A stretch of 64,000 nt of DNA from the human T2T-CHM13v2.0 reference genome, Homo sapiens. The position numbers and the translations under genes are program-made. The notes under the pieces were generated by a model. That model ran no database searches, was not told the origin of the DNA, and was given only the letters and a program-made list of their open reading frames with translations. Location: the NCBI RefSeq assembly GCF_009914755.1, contig NC_060928.1; one strand, given 5' to 3'. This document shows, piece after piece, positions 39,606-54,284 of the stretch. Each line of letters opens with the position of its first letter. Position 1 is the stretch's first letter.

Positions 39606-39812
39606 AACATTAGTTCTATACCTGAAAAATTTAGAAACAACAGGCAAATCTGCAGCCCCTACAGCATTTATCACAAGCAGAGTGATAATTACAAATTCAG
39701 TTCTTAGAAACATTAGTTCTATACCTGAAAAATTTAGAAACAACAGGCAAATCTGCAGCCCCTACAGCATTTATCACAAGCAGAGTGATAATTACAAATT
39801 CAGTTCTTAGAA
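39606..39812. repeat. Perfect 103-bp tandem duplication
   Basis: cattagttctatacc...cagttcttagaa starts at 39608 and 39711, identical. Confidence 0.95.
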
Positions 39813-40061
39813 TAATCAAGACCCATGTTACTGTAGCCAAAGATTATTGCAGAGTCTAAGGAGTTTCTGAAGGAAAGAAGTTAGATTGAGAAAAATCTTT
39901 TTATAGCCTTACCAGCAGACCAATCTGTGCCAGTTTCTCAAGGACCTTTGAATTGAAACTCAACTGAGAGAATCTCATAATTACATTACCAAGTCTGTGA
40001 CTTTTGGTAAATTACCTGGTCTAGGCTATGGTAGGGGCAGTAGTATATGCATCTTACTATG

Positions 40062-40839
<778 letters not shown>

Positions 40840-41062
40840 CTGTGGTTGGTATTTCATGAATCTCAGTCAATACTCATTTGGGTTTCAGATTTGCCCTTTC
40901 CTTAAATAACCAGAGAGTGGCATACCAAGAGCAACCTGAGAACAGTCAGTTTCCGAAGAATGTCAGACTCCCACCAACAAGAAGAGCAGGCTCTATGGCT
41001 CTAGTCATTCAGTCAGTGATGAGAATTACTGTTGATGCTGAGGCCAAATCTCTTCCTCCCAG

Positions 41063-41200
41063 GTATCATCGAGCACCGGGACCACCCTCACTCTCCTATC
41101 CGGTATTTCACGCAAGAGGATATTAACCAGGGCAAAGTCATGTACCGCCCTCCCCCAGCAGCACCCCACCTCCAGGAGCTCATGGCCTTCTCGTTCGCTG
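41063..41200 (+). CDS. FRAS1: FRAS1 coding exon (138 nt, phase 1->1): (G)IIEHRDHP...MAFSFA(G)
   Basis: cctcccag|GT acceptor, CTG|gtaatg donor; FTQEDINQGKVMY CSPG signature. Confidence 0.96.
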
Positions 41201-41379
41201 GTAATGCTCTCCTCTCTGCTTTGAGGCACCCAACTGCTCTCTGTGGCTCTACATGACAGGCTCGCCCTAACTCTCCCTGCAGTCCTCTGGACCATTTGGT
41301 GCCCCTGCTTTCTAGCTATTCAAAATAGCTTGAGACCTGTCAGCCAATATGTAACTTGAACTCAGTTCCATCTTTTTTT

Positions 41380-42130
41380 TTTCCATTTATTCATGCATTG
41401 AGGCATACTTTCAGTAAATCTTTATTTTGTCCCTCCTATGTGCCAATCACTGAATGAGGCCTTGGAGATACAGTGGCAAGCAAAAAGAGGCATAGATTCT
41501 GCTCTTGGTGGTTTAAGGGAGGTATAGAGAGATAATTTGATAAATAACCCCAGGAATGAATATTTAATTGCAGTCTGGGATAAGAGCTCTGAGGAAGAGG
41601 GAGAAAGATTAGCGGTGGAATTACACATAATCAGACTGACCTAGACTGAGAGCTCAGTAAAGATACTGGCAGTGGAGGGATGGGTAGAAGCTGACGAGGA
41701 AAAGTGTATGTATTTGGATGGTCAGGAAAATGTCCCTGAAGGAAGAGCACTAGCTCCAGGTACAGAGGCCTGGGGAAGGAGAGAATGTGGTGTTCTTGTG
41801 TCTGAAATGTGAAGGGTCAGGCAGAGCAGGGATGCATCTGGTGGGAGAGACAGAGGCCATACCTGACAGACCCTCGAAGCCTGTAAGGATTTGGGTTGTT
41901 ATCCCAACATCAAGAGGAACCCAGTGGAAGTTTTCAGGTATAGGGAACTAGGGAATGGCTTTTCAAAAGAAACTCTTTGACTGCAGTGATGTCAATGGAC
42001 TTGATGAGGAGGCCAGAGTGGATGGCACTAGGGTAAGGGGAGGCCAGTGAGGGTCCTGCAGTACCTCAGGGAAGGTTTCATGTAGCCATGGGCATGCAGG
42101 CAACCTTTTAGGATAAAACCAGAATTTGGC
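41380..42130. mobile_element. L2 LINE fragment
   Basis: ccctcctatgtgcca...cttggagatacagtg; degenerate. Confidence 0.6.
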
Positions 42131-42147
42131 AGAAGACACCTTTTTAA

Positions 42148-42667
<520 letters not shown>

Positions 42668-43602
42668 ACTAGTGCTTATTTCTTTATGATCTTTAAGGTG
42701 TATGTACTACATAACACCATGGATATAGGGTATTCTTTTTATACAGTAGCTTTATTCATACACAAAAGTGGTGATTTCTTATGGTGAGTTGAACATGGTT
42801 TAAGTAATTTTAGACTTTTTTGATTATGGTAAACATTTAAAATGATGTTTGCCATTATTTAATATAAGTTTAATCGCCCAGAAAACAGTTAACTCCTCAA
42901 TTAGATTGAAAATCTCTAACGGTGGGTATAGGCTTCCTCTTTAGTGTCTGTACACAGTATTTAGTAACTGGATAACTAATAGCCCATGAAAATGTTTATG
43001 GGTCTGTAACCCCTATGTTACAAGTCCTACTTCATAAGAAACACAGGATATCCTGGGATTAGAGGGAAAGAAAACATGTCAGCCGTGGTTGAAGTCATCC
43101 ACTAAACTCGCCCGAGTTCCTAGAGCCTGTTCAGAGAGAGCAGAGTCCTATGCTGTATTATCTATGGGATAAATGCTGCAAGATAAATCTCTCACATGGT
43201 TACAGTGTGTAAATCAATGTCTCGGCATCACTCAGTTCTACAATGGAATTGACCCACCTGAGAGCCCTGTCAGTGATATACGACTCACCCGCATTCACCG
43301 ATTTGTAGGATTTTATGTACTGTGATAAAATGGGTTCTGAATGAATGTATTATAAATCACGCTAACTGCTGCGATATAAAATTATTCCACTATGTGGTCC
43401 TTTTTGCTATTTAAAATTAATGTTGACACCATTAAATTCAACATAACATTAGCAAATGACCTGGTGATCTTTCCTTAAAAAAGAATAATTTAGATTAAAA
43501 CATTCTTTAGCTTCCTAACCTCTGCCCTTTGTTTTGTACCTTTCCTATCTCTCTCTGATCCCAAAGTGTTTAATATACTGATTGTCTCTCTTACTCTTTT
43601 AG

Positions 43603-43635
43603 GTCTCCCAGAATCAGTGAAATTCCACTTCACAG
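43603..43635 (+). CDS. FRAS1: FRAS1 33-nt micro-exon (phase 1->1): (G)LPESVKFHFT(V)
   Basis: Long pyrimidine tract + ttttag|GT, donor CAG|gtaaag; supplies the F-x-F-T-V-S-D-G CSPG motif continued in the next exon. Confidence 0.92.
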
Positions 43636-43875
43636 GTAAAGATTCATCTAAATTTTACTAGAAAGTGAAATTTTTTCTTTCCTTATTAGTTCTTTCTTTT
43701 TGTTCCCATCATCATTATTTTTAGCTATTTTCTAAGAACTACTTAAAAATTATATAATTTTTCTTCTAAAACAAATTTCTTCTAAAATAAACAAATGGTT
43801 AGTTAAATAGTAATAGCTTAACTTTATAGTCATAGGAAAAAAATCTACCAATGATGCTAAAAGTTAATGTTTAAG

Positions 43876-44159
43876 AGCCAGGCATGGTGGCTTATGCCTG
43901 TAGTCCAGCACTTTGGAAGGCTGATGGGGGAGCATCACTTAAGCCCAGGGGTTCAAGACCAGCCTGGACAACAATGCAAGACCTTGTCTATAAAAAAAAA
44001 AAACAACTTATCTGGATGATGGTGGCACATGCCTGGAGTCCTAGCTACTCAGGAGGATCCCTTGAGCCCAGGAGGTCAAGGCTGGAGTGAGCTATGACTG
44101 CACTACTGCACTGCAGCTTGGACAATAGTGAAACCTTATCTCAAGAAAAAAAAAAGAAA
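43876..44159 (+). mobile_element. AluJ-like
   Basis: Diverged dimer; TSD ttaatgtttaag. Confidence 0.88.
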
Positions 44160-45071
44160 TTAATGTTTAAGCCCAATTTCAACATGTCCTAATATCCATT
44201 AAAGAGTTAATAGTAACTAAGATCCTAAGCCCTGCATCCAGATGACCTGGGGTTCAGCTTGCCCTGGGAAAGTTTCTTACATCTCTGTGCCTGAATGCCT
44301 CATTCTTAAATGGGGATAATAATAAGAATAATAATAATAATAATAATAAATATAAAGCTCCAAGAATGATTATTGCTACATAATCATTACTATATTATAC
44401 TTAGCTAATAAACAGTAGTTGTATAAAAGTCTTGAATAGAGCCATTCATGGAATCCCTTGTTACTGGAGGGAAAAGGCTTACTACCCAGAGGCGAGTCGA
44501 GAAACCTGGGTGTGGAAGACCTCTGCTTTCCTAGTTTTAGCTCATAGTGCAATAGAAGCAGGATGCCAATCAGCAAAAGCAGAGTCAGACCTGGTATCTA
44601 TGCTGGGCCACCATAGGATAAGCTTCTTTCTTGTTTAGGTCTATAGTGAGGATGATTGACCATAAATAGCATCATTAAATTGCTGTTTAGATGGGATTGA
44701 CTATTCCATTAGAATCAACCATCCATGCGCACTGTTACATTTCATGGAGGGAAAAATGTTAGCAGTAGAGTTGCCTCTCTATAACTCCCAGCTCTTCCTT
44801 TCTTCTATGAGGATTAAAAATCACACTTGAATCAATAGTAAATTTCAGTGTTGTGTTACTGTTGATATGAACCCAGTATCAGCTCATTTCTAGTCATAGG
44901 CCTCTACATAATTCATACAATCAGTAATGATATATGGCAGATTTTTATATTTTATAAAACAATTTACAATAAAAATTGTACTATTTAATTCTTATAACAA
45001 TATTTTAAGGATGGATATTATTTTCAGCATTTTAAACCTAAGGATACCAAGTCATTAAGAGTAGATAAACT

Positions 45072-45315
45072 GGCCAGGTGCAGTGGCTCACACCTGTACT
45101 CCCAGCACTTTGGGAGGTGTGAGGAGGGAGGATTCCTTGAGCCCAGGAGTTCAAGACCAGCCCACGCACATAGTAATATTCCTTGTAGTCTCAACTACTC
45201 AGAAGGCTGAGGTGGGAGGATTGCTTGAACTGGGGAGGTTGAGGCTGCAGTGAGACATCATTGTGCCATTGCACTCTAGCTGGGTGACAGAGTTAGACCC
45301 TGTCTCAAAAAAAAA
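45072..45315 (+). mobile_element. AluJ-like with central deletion
   Basis: Both arms present, linker missing; flanks agtagat. Confidence 0.85.
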
Positions 45316-46239
45316 GTAGATGATCTGCTCAGATTTCCACAGCAGGTAGACAGTAGAAGCAGGATTTTAATACAAGTTTCTGACTTAGAGCATGAGCATG
45401 GAATAGCTAGTTTAGTCTGACATGTATGTGTGTTGGTTATGAAAAGTGAGTGTCATGGTAGTATGCCATTTTGGTTTCCAAGCCTCAACTCTTACCTGAA
45501 AGCTTGAGTAGGTGAAGGGTTAACAATTAACTTGTCTAGGACTTTAAGTTAAATGATCTTGAACCTATTATACAGTCCCATGGGCCTAGACCTTGGGCTG
45601 ACCTTAAATTATCTTGCTTCTGCCAGATGTTCCTTTTTTATTGATTTTAAAGAAGAAAAACCCTTGGTATCTAGTAGAAAGCCATGTCCTTTTGGAGAGT
45701 TTTGTGAGAGAGAATTTTAAATTGGACAGTTAATGAATAAGGCAGGAAAAAGCCCAAGAGCTGACATTAATTTGTAGAATGAAGGAGAACCACCCATTTT
45801 GGTGAATCAGCTAAGATGAGAAGGAAGGCTGATGTTCCTGGGACCTGACTGACTTTAGGACAAATGCAGAAGCTCTGGAGAGCAGTTCTGAGCAAGGAAC
45901 ACACTTAAGGCAAGTGGTGCTCACATGGGCATTTAGCCCAAAAAGGCATTTGACTGTTTCTCAAAGAAATTAGAGACATTCCTTAAAGAGAGGGATAAAT
46001 ATGCAGTTGCTGACATTTTGATTGGAAGTTTATATGATTGCTTGCAAAACCCTGCACCCAAGTGATAGCTAGTTATGTAATATGCACCAGAAAATAGCTT
46101 TTTTCCACTTACTTACAGAGTCAAGAATATGCCTTGTTCACACTAAACAGCTGTATGATGTGACCAAAGCTCTTTAATTTTGTACCTTTTCCCTCCTCCT
46201 GTAAAATAAGGATGTTGAAAGCTTCCTGGACTTCCTCCC

Positions 46240-46652
46240 TGGTATGGTTTGAATGTCCCTTCCCAAACTCATGTTGAAACTTAATCCTCAATGTGGCAGT
46301 ATTGAGAGGTGGGGCTTTTACAAGGTAATTGAAACCTGAAGGCTCTGCCCTCATGAATGGTTTAATCATTAATGGATTAGTGGATTAATGGTTAATCATG
46401 GGAGGGGAGCTGGTGGCTTTCTAAAAAGAGAACAAGAGACTTAAAATCACAAGCTCAGCCCCCTCGCCACGTGACTGCCTACACTGCCTCATGACTCTTC
46501 ACAGAGTCCCCAACACCAGGAGGCTCTCACCAAATGTACCCCCTCAACCTTGGACTTCCCAGCCTTCATATGTGAAAGAAATAAATTCCTCTTCTCATAA
46601 ATTACCCAGCTTTAGGTTTTCTGTTATAAGCAACAAAAAATGGACTAAGACA
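46240..46652 (+). mobile_element. MST-family solo LTR (MSTB/D-like)
   Basis: tggtatggtttgaatgtccc...aatggactaagaca; flanks ctccc/ttccc. Confidence 0.88.
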
Positions 46653-47547
46653 TTCCCACTCAGAAATAAAACTAATGTAAAATATAAAGTAAAATAAAAT
46701 TGCATTTTGCAACTAGTTCTTATCTTAGATTACAGAGACATCAGAGAATCCTGAGTCCACTAAAACTTATGAAAAAGTTTGTATGCTTGTCACCAAATCC
46801 CCAATAATTAAGAACCATCTGTGCCTATTTTTGAAGATCCAGAGAGGAGATCAAATGTAAAGAAGCAATGACAATAATTTTGACACTTGTCTGAATGACC
46901 AGAGCCATAAAACCTTCATTCTCACATGGATAATGTCGTCTTACCTTCAATAGGGCTGTTTCTGAACATCTCCAAGACATGGAGTGTACCTTATAAAATT
47001 TAACCATATCTTTCAGATCTGTCTCAAGGGAAAGACAAATCTAAAACTTGAATAGAATCATTACTACACGTCGCTGAGCAATGCTTGACTTTGCTTAAGC
47101 AAGATTCTTGCTGGCTTGTTAGTAAGTCCAGAAGAAAGTGAGGAAGGAAACTAGTTTCTCATAACCAACACATAGACAAGCTTATCACACATTTAAAATA
47201 ATTAACAGTGCAGTTTTCTTAAAGACCACTACAGATAAACACATTGATGAGCTGATGATGCAAATATCCCTCCAAAACTGGCTTTTGGGGAAAAGATAGG
47301 GTGTTAAGTTATGGAAAAGTGGAAATAAGCATCAAGGGTGAGGCAATTCTGCTCTCGTATTTTCCTCAGAGATGGATGTTCACTTGGATGTCAAAAAATC
47401 CAGGGAAATAAAATCTTAAGGTCACTGTTTTGTTCACTATTTATGTCATTGTGCATCATGACCAAGTAAAAATGGATCTGCTTACTTCCAAACTAATGAC
47501 ATTAGAGACATTGGTATGGGTATTGTCTGTCCTTTTAAAAAGTATTC

Positions 47548-47841
47548 TTTTTTTTTTTTGAGACGAAGTCTCGCTGTATCGCCCAGGCTGGAGTGCAGTG
47601 GTGCAATCTCGGCTCACTGCAAGCTCCGCCTCCCAGGTTCACGCCATTCTCCTCCCTCAGCCTCCTGAGTAGCTGGGACTGCAGGTGCCCGCCAACATGC
47701 CTGGCTAATTTTTTGTATTTTTTAGTAGAGATGGGGTTTCATCGTGTTAGCCAGGATGGTCTCAATCTCCTGACCTCGTGATCCGCCTGCCTCGGCCTCC
47801 CAGAGTGCTGGGATTACAGGTGTGAGCCACTGTGCCCGGCC
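47548..47841 (-). mobile_element. AluY
   Basis: gcaagctccgcc, ttcacgccattctcc, gtgttagccaggatgg; TSD aaaagtattctttt. Confidence 0.93.
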
Positions 47842-48244
47842 AAAAGTATTCTTTTCTAATGAGACATAGACTTGCCACTTCTAAAAGAGTTCATGAAAGA
47901 AAATATTTATTTGGAATAATAAGGGAATGAATTGAATCAAGAAATATTTCCATAATCAAAAGCCTTTACCAGTAGCATCTATGGGTGCAGATTTTGTGTT
48001 ACCTTCCTTTCCACTAACATTTATCAAGATCACCTTTGTTGTGAAAGTAGCCTCTTAGAATGATTTTGTTATTATGGTTCTTTATCTTTTTTCTTATCCA
48101 TAGAAAAAAGAATAGCTCACAGTATCTTGCTTGCTTACTTTCTTCATTTGTAAGCATCTCTTCAAAGGTTAAAGTAGTGTAAAAAAGTTTCTAGCTACAT
48201 ATTTGTGGAAACTGCCTGAAGAGGACCAGACTACAAGTTGATTC

Positions 48245-48305
48245 GTGTGTGTGTGTGCGTGTCTCTGTGTGTGTGTGTGTGTGTGTGTGTCTCTGTGTGT
48301 GTGTG
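48245..48305 (+). repeat. Interrupted (TG)n microsatellite directly upstream of a FRAS1 acceptor
   Basis: Seen directly; ends 16 nt before the exon at 48322. Confidence 0.97.
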
Positions 48306-48321
48306 CATTTATCCTTTTTAG

Positions 48322-48453
48322 TTTCAGATGGAGAACACACAAGTCCGGAGATGGTCCTCACCATTCACTTACTTCCCAGTGATCAGCAACTGCCAGTGTT
48401 CCAGGTCACAGCTCCACGGCTGGCGGTCAGCCCAGGAGGCAGCACTTCTGTAG
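48322..48453 (+). CDS. FRAS1: FRAS1 coding exon (132 nt, phase 1->1): (V)SDGEHTSPEM...GGSTSV(G)
   Basis: ccttttttag|TT acceptor, TAG|gtaaga donor; completes TVSDG motif. Confidence 0.93.
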   Translation, partial: FQMENTQVRRWSSPFTYFPVISNCQCSRSQLHGWRSAQEAALL

Positions 48454-49518
48454 GTAAGAACTGGGAGCCTGATAGAAACATGGCTTTGGAAATGGGATCA
48501 TATTGCTGCCCCTCTTCAAACCTCTTGATGGTTGCCAAAAAAGCAAACTCTTCTTCCAGAAGTTGCCTGCATTCTCACCTGTATCCTTCCTCCTGCCCAT
48601 TTCTATGCAAACAGAAGCCGCACAGAGAGAAGGAAATGAAGCCTTCAGAGGCCAGTGTTCAGTGGTGGAACACAACACAGAACTGATTTTCCGGGAGTTT
48701 GCTTTGATGCCATCACTAAAATATAAAGTAATAGAGCGGCGAGAAGAACATAGAGGGGAGCAGGATTTCAATGGCGGCTCTTGTTTCTATTTAGAAAGTG
48801 AAGAGTAGCAGGAGAAATGTCAGGTCACAAGAAGCTTCAGAAGTTGTGAAGAACTAGAGTTGACCCAGTTATTTTGTATATAATTATATGTACTAATTAG
48901 TGAATTTAATCTTTAGAAATGTATTCTTTTATCAAGAACATTTTACTAATAAACAGTAGGTATTGTGATTTTTGTTAGGTGTGTTCTAGAGATCCTTATC
49001 CAGTTTCTACATATGGGGTTTGGCCTAAAATTAATTTTTACCAAACTTACAAATAAGCCATGTGTACAAGGATGCCTGTCACTTTAACCCTGCACCTCAC
49101 CTTTGTGATCATTGCTCACTTGGCTCTTTGTAGCTTTAGAAAAATAAGAAGGGACAAAACAATGAAATGCCAAACAATTTATAGGAGGATTTTCTGGAAG
49201 AAAATCTAACCCAGCTAGTCAGGGTTGACCTACCTGTGGGCTTCCTCTGTGCATGCTGTCATTTGTATGGAAGAAAAAAGGTGTTCTAAATTCAGAACTA
49301 CCTTACATGAACTTTTGGAAGAACGTACTTGCAGTGTAGGAATTGACTGTATTATCTGTTTTTACTCTTTTGTGCCTGATTGGAATGAAGCAGTGCTTTC
49401 TGATAACAATCAGATTACCCACAGCATGACTCCTAGCCTGGCCTGCGGTTTTAATATATAGTCTATCGTCTTTAACATACGCTTTCTCTCTCACCACGCT
49501 TCCTTCTCCTTGCTGCAG

Positions 49519-49644
49519 GACTTCAGGTGGTAGTAAGAGATGCTGAGACAGCGCCCAAAGAACTCTTCTTTGAGCTTCGGAGACCTCCACAGCATGGTGT
49601 GCTTCTTAAGCATACAGCTGAGTTCCGAAGGCCGATGGCCACAG
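49519..49644 (+). CDS. FRAS1: FRAS1 coding exon (126 nt, phase 1->1): (G)LQVVVRDAET...RRPMAT(G)
   Basis: gctgcag|GA acceptor after long pyrimidine tract, CAG|gtagct donor; PPQHGVL motif. Confidence 0.95.
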
Positions 49645-51583
49645 GTAGCTACACACCTACACACTCTGTCACTGACCTGCTTGGAGGATTTTTTGCTCTA
49701 CAATCAGTTGTTATGTGTCTCAGACGAGAGCAAAGCGTCTTTGTGATACAGACTATGAGGAGCTATTTTGTGTGTAGTTTCATTGGCTTTGATATTTGAG
49801 ACTTCTTCGTGTTCCCACTTCCATCCCTGCCCCACACCTGCCCCCGGCCCCACCTTGAACCCTGTGAAACCAGTTCCTTAAACTATAGGTGAAATGGGTG
49901 ATTTCTGAAACTTGGAGTAAATGCATTCAGAATGACACCATATGAGGGATCAGCTGCCACTTTCCTAGCACTGTTCATGGAGATGAATCGGTCTTAATTT
50001 GGTATGTGAATCTTCACAATATTTTTAGCGCTGTGACTCTGATAGTGTTAACTACATCTATCTTCATCCATTAAAAAAAGGAACACATTTTTGAAGTATT
50101 ATCTATGTGATATAACAGTGTGGTAATGTGATCGGCTTTCCAAAATAACTCTTATTGTGCTTCCTTTGATTATAAAAAATAATATATGTTTATTATTTAG
50201 AAGGTACAGAAAAACACAAAGAACACAAGTGAATCTAATTTTTTAATAGTCAGCCCTTATTCATTGAAGTGAATATTATCCTTTTCAAAGTACCCACCTC
50301 TGGATGCTATATGTTCTTCCAACAATCTCTACTTTCTCAAAACCTTTGTATGATTCCTTTTAGAGATGCAGTAATCCATCCTTCTGAATATCACTGGTGG
50401 GCTAATCTTTGCTACTGATGGTAGATGGAATTTTAAAGAACAACCAGTAAGCATTTGGGAGTCACAAAGGTAGACTCAAAAATTTACTGAACTAAAGAAA
50501 TGTCATTAGAATAGATTTGAAACATTCCCAGGGGACTACTTTAGGAACATAACAGTCATTGTCTAATTTCTTTAACATTGCATTTACTCTGTATATGTGC
50601 AGTTAACATATAAAATCTAAAGGCGTTGATAAAAAGTTAGTTTTATTACGTTTTCATAGGCATAATGCCACGAGCACCAGTAAAATACATTAACACAGTG
50701 TTGAGACAGAAGGCTTAGAAGATGAATAGACAGAATGAGTAAATTCTTCAATCTCAATACATAGCACTAGTTATTAGAACTAATAATCTATCAAAAGATA
50801 GAGTTGAATATAATATCCAAGAAGAGCAATTTCACAACTGTGTTCTGTGAAATCATTAGGGCTCATGGCACTAAGAGGCATTTCTCATAAAAAGGGTTCC
50901 ATGACAAGTTTGAGAAGCTTTAATACTTATATACTAAAATGAATCCTGCAGTATAAAAAATATCTTAAATTTTATTTATTCACATTTTCCACAAAGGTAT
51001 GTGAACTTGAAATTTTTTTTTACATAATGCCGATCAAATTTCTCATGAATTAGTACTCCAGACTGCACAGTTTAGGTTTCTAACTTAAAGTATATTTTTT
51101 TCATTTTTAATTTTAAAAACTCCAAATAAAGCAAAAACTTCTTAAAGGTTCATCAAGTATAATTTATTTTCTTAACTTTTTCAAAAAATTTTCAGTATCA
51201 AGATAAGATTCCAAAAGAGCTGTCATAAAGAATAGAGGCTTGTTCTTTATTTTTCTAGAACTAGGAATAATGACTAGATATTATAGAGGCAGATTTTAGC
51301 TCAATATGATTAAGAACTTAAAAACAAACCTAGAGCTATCTTCAGTGGAATTAGCTATCTTGTAAAACAATGATCCTCCCACCTTGAAAAGTGGAGAAAC
51401 TAATTACCCTTTTTCAACGGTGGTGTAAAGGGAATCCTATAGTAGGTGAGTGGTTGGATTAGCCTGTAACTCCCTGAGTTATGATCCTATATGAACCTTA
51501 AAGTCCTGAAAACAAAGGTGCTATATAATGAAAAGCATTATTCCCAGAAGCAACTCGTTTGCAATTTGTTTTATTCTTGGAAG

Positions 51584-51831
51584 GTGACACTTTCACCTAT
51601 GAGGATGTTGAGAAAAATGCTCTACAGTATATACATGATGGTTCCTCTACCCGGGAAGACAGCATGGAGATCTCAGTCACAGATGGCCTCACAGTGACAA
51701 TGCTGGAGGTGAGAGTAGAGGTGTCCCTGTCAGAAGACCGAGGGCCTCGACTGGCTGCTGGCTCCTCTCTGAGCATTACTGTTGCCAGTAAAAGCACAGC
51801 CATAATCACTAGGTCACACCTTGCTTACGTG
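51584..51831 (+). CDS. FRAS1: FRAS1 coding exon (248 nt, phase 1->0): (G)DTFTYEDVEKN...RSHLAYV
   Basis: ttcttggaag|GT acceptor, GTG|gtaagt donor; YIHDGS..SVTDG motifs. Confidence 0.96.
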
Positions 51832-54284
51832 GTAAGTTCTTCCATTTGCTGTGTTTGTTCTCCACCGCCGCATCTTCTGATGGGGCAGACTGGGCAGCAA
51901 TGCCATGGCTGAATATTTGGGGCAGCAGGTATATGGTCACGTAAAGAACATTTTTCTCAGCTTCCCTACCTTCTACTGTTAGGAGTAGTTATGCTGTTTA
52001 TCCTGCTTCTCCCAGTGTCTCATGAGCAGACAAGTGAATGAGAAAACACGATGAGTATGTGTAGGGATGGGTGTTTGTCAACAGAAGAGGGGCCTAGTGC
52101 CATAAAAGCCCAAGTTCCCATTGTTTAAGCTCCATTCATTATATTCCCAATGGGAAGTTTAGGAAAAAAACATTTTAGAGCTTATGTGATCAATGACTAG
52201 TAGGTAATGATGTTTCACAGCCCCTGAGAGAAAGCCCACTTGTCATCAGTTTCTGTCTCAGGTCTAGTCTAGATGGAATGCTGAAAAATCCCTGCAGCAG
52301 TGCCTCTCTGTCAGATTTCCCAGCCAGTTCACTGACTCACCCTCCTTCTTTTGCCCCACAAGAAGCAGTGTAATTAGGAGGCCAAGGAGAGGATCAAGGA
52401 CTAGAGTTTGTTTCCTGGTCTGGCCCTAACTTTATAAGTGATCCTGGGTAATTAAACTCATCTTCTTCCTTTGATTCTACCTCAGGAGCTAAGGATAATG
52501 AGGATGATTAATTTTATTTTACAGTTATGTATGTTGTAAGCAGATATGTGCTCTCTATGTAAACATAATAATGACTAGTTTTTACAATGCCTTGAAAGGA
52601 AGAATGATTATCTGAATGCTAATCATATTGAATTTTTCCTTTACTAATCTTAAAGTTCCAACTAATGACCTAGACTTTTATCTTTTTAATGCCGTATACT
52701 TTTAAGTAACCCTTTTCTGGGCTGAAGAATCTCACTATAAAATGTAGTCCTGAATAGCAGCATGTAAGATCAAGCATTAGCCTGGGAACAATTGCTTTTA
52801 CACAGATTTTCCCCTCAAATGGTCCTTTCTTCAGTTATGGGAGACTGCATTCCACCCTAATTCTTCTCACGGGTCTATTCTAGTTTCAGAACAGCTTTGA
52901 TTTTGTTTTTTGTTTTTAATTGACAGGTGATTTTTACTGTAAGTTATGGTTTTTTGAATCTTATGAAACTCGTGAATTCATAAAAATGTATGAATTCAGA
53001 TTTAATCAGACGATCACCAGAGCTTGAAAAATGTTTCACAGTCCAAAATAGCGCTCCAGGAGCAGTTCCTGCCCATTAACTGCATATTATAAGCTGCATA
53101 TCAAAATGCAAGCCCATTGGCAACTGAATATGTATTTTCAGAAATTGATTGAACGTGAATTTACCCACCAGAGCAGAAAAACTCCAAAAGAACTATTCTA
53201 GCCTGCTGAAAGCATAGCATACATTTTAAAGACTTAGGTAGGTTATACACTAACTTTCTCTGAGGGTTGTAGAAGGATTTTGTACTAAGAGTCATGGAAA
53301 AACTTTTCCAGATATGCATAGTTAGAAAGTTTTCAGTGAACATGTAGAAAGATTGGAAAAGCCATCTGAAATCCTAGTCACAAATGGGGCAGAGTATAAA
53401 GGTTTAGGAACAGATGAGTCTGTTCTTAGTTTAAGTGTTATTAACTGGAAGAGAGTGATACAATGTTGGAGGAGACAAAAAGGCAAAAGTTGGATTTTGT
53501 ATAATTTGCTTCTTAGCAGTGGTCTTATATACACAGTTTGCTATGCACTGCGAGTAAACAGGAAAAGAACAGCATGGGTTCTGGAGTTAAAATGGATGGA
53601 TCTTAATCCAAGCTCACCACTTACTAGCATTGTGACCCTTAGCAAGTTACTTAAACTCTCTAGGCCTCGGTTTTCCCATATGTAATATGGGAAGGATAAA
53701 ATTAATCTTAAAACGGTAATAGCATTTCTATGAACCAGCCAAAAATAAAATTATTTGAAATATGATTCTGTGTATAATAACATTACATATTACATACCTA
53801 TGAGTAAATGTAACAAAAGTTATGTAACTTCTAGGGAAAATTGATGCTATGACTGACTATGTAGAAAATAATCTCTTGACAAAAAGTATTAGAAAAAAAG
53901 GAGAATTTATCAAGGAGCCAGATATGAGATCAACAGACAGCAATAGCATTTCTATATATAAGCAAAAAAAGAAAAAAGCCAGTAAATATAACTAAAAAGA
54001 TCTTACCATAATAGCATTAAGAAAAAAGCATGTCCCCTGGTCTAAATCTAGCAAAAACCAGGCAGTATTTTTACAGGGAAAATTATAACATTTAATTGAC
54101 AGATGTTTAAAACGTATTAAATAAATGAAAAGACATGCCATATTCATGAGTAGGAACATTTAGTATTGAAAAGGCATCAGTTCCCTCACCAAATGATCTT
54201 TCAATTCAATTCAGTTCCAATCAAAAGCCTAATGGACTTTTTATGGAACTTAGTAAGCTGATTCTAAAATATGTAAGAAAGAAC

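Noticed and set aside
48249-48686. 145-aa ORF extending the exon into both introns
   Set aside because: Upstream part is (TG)n translation; strong gtaaga donor at 48454; no evidence for a terminal exon.
49519-49526. Alternative acceptor cttcag 8 nt into the exon
   Set aside because: Out of frame and downstream of a strong first CAG.
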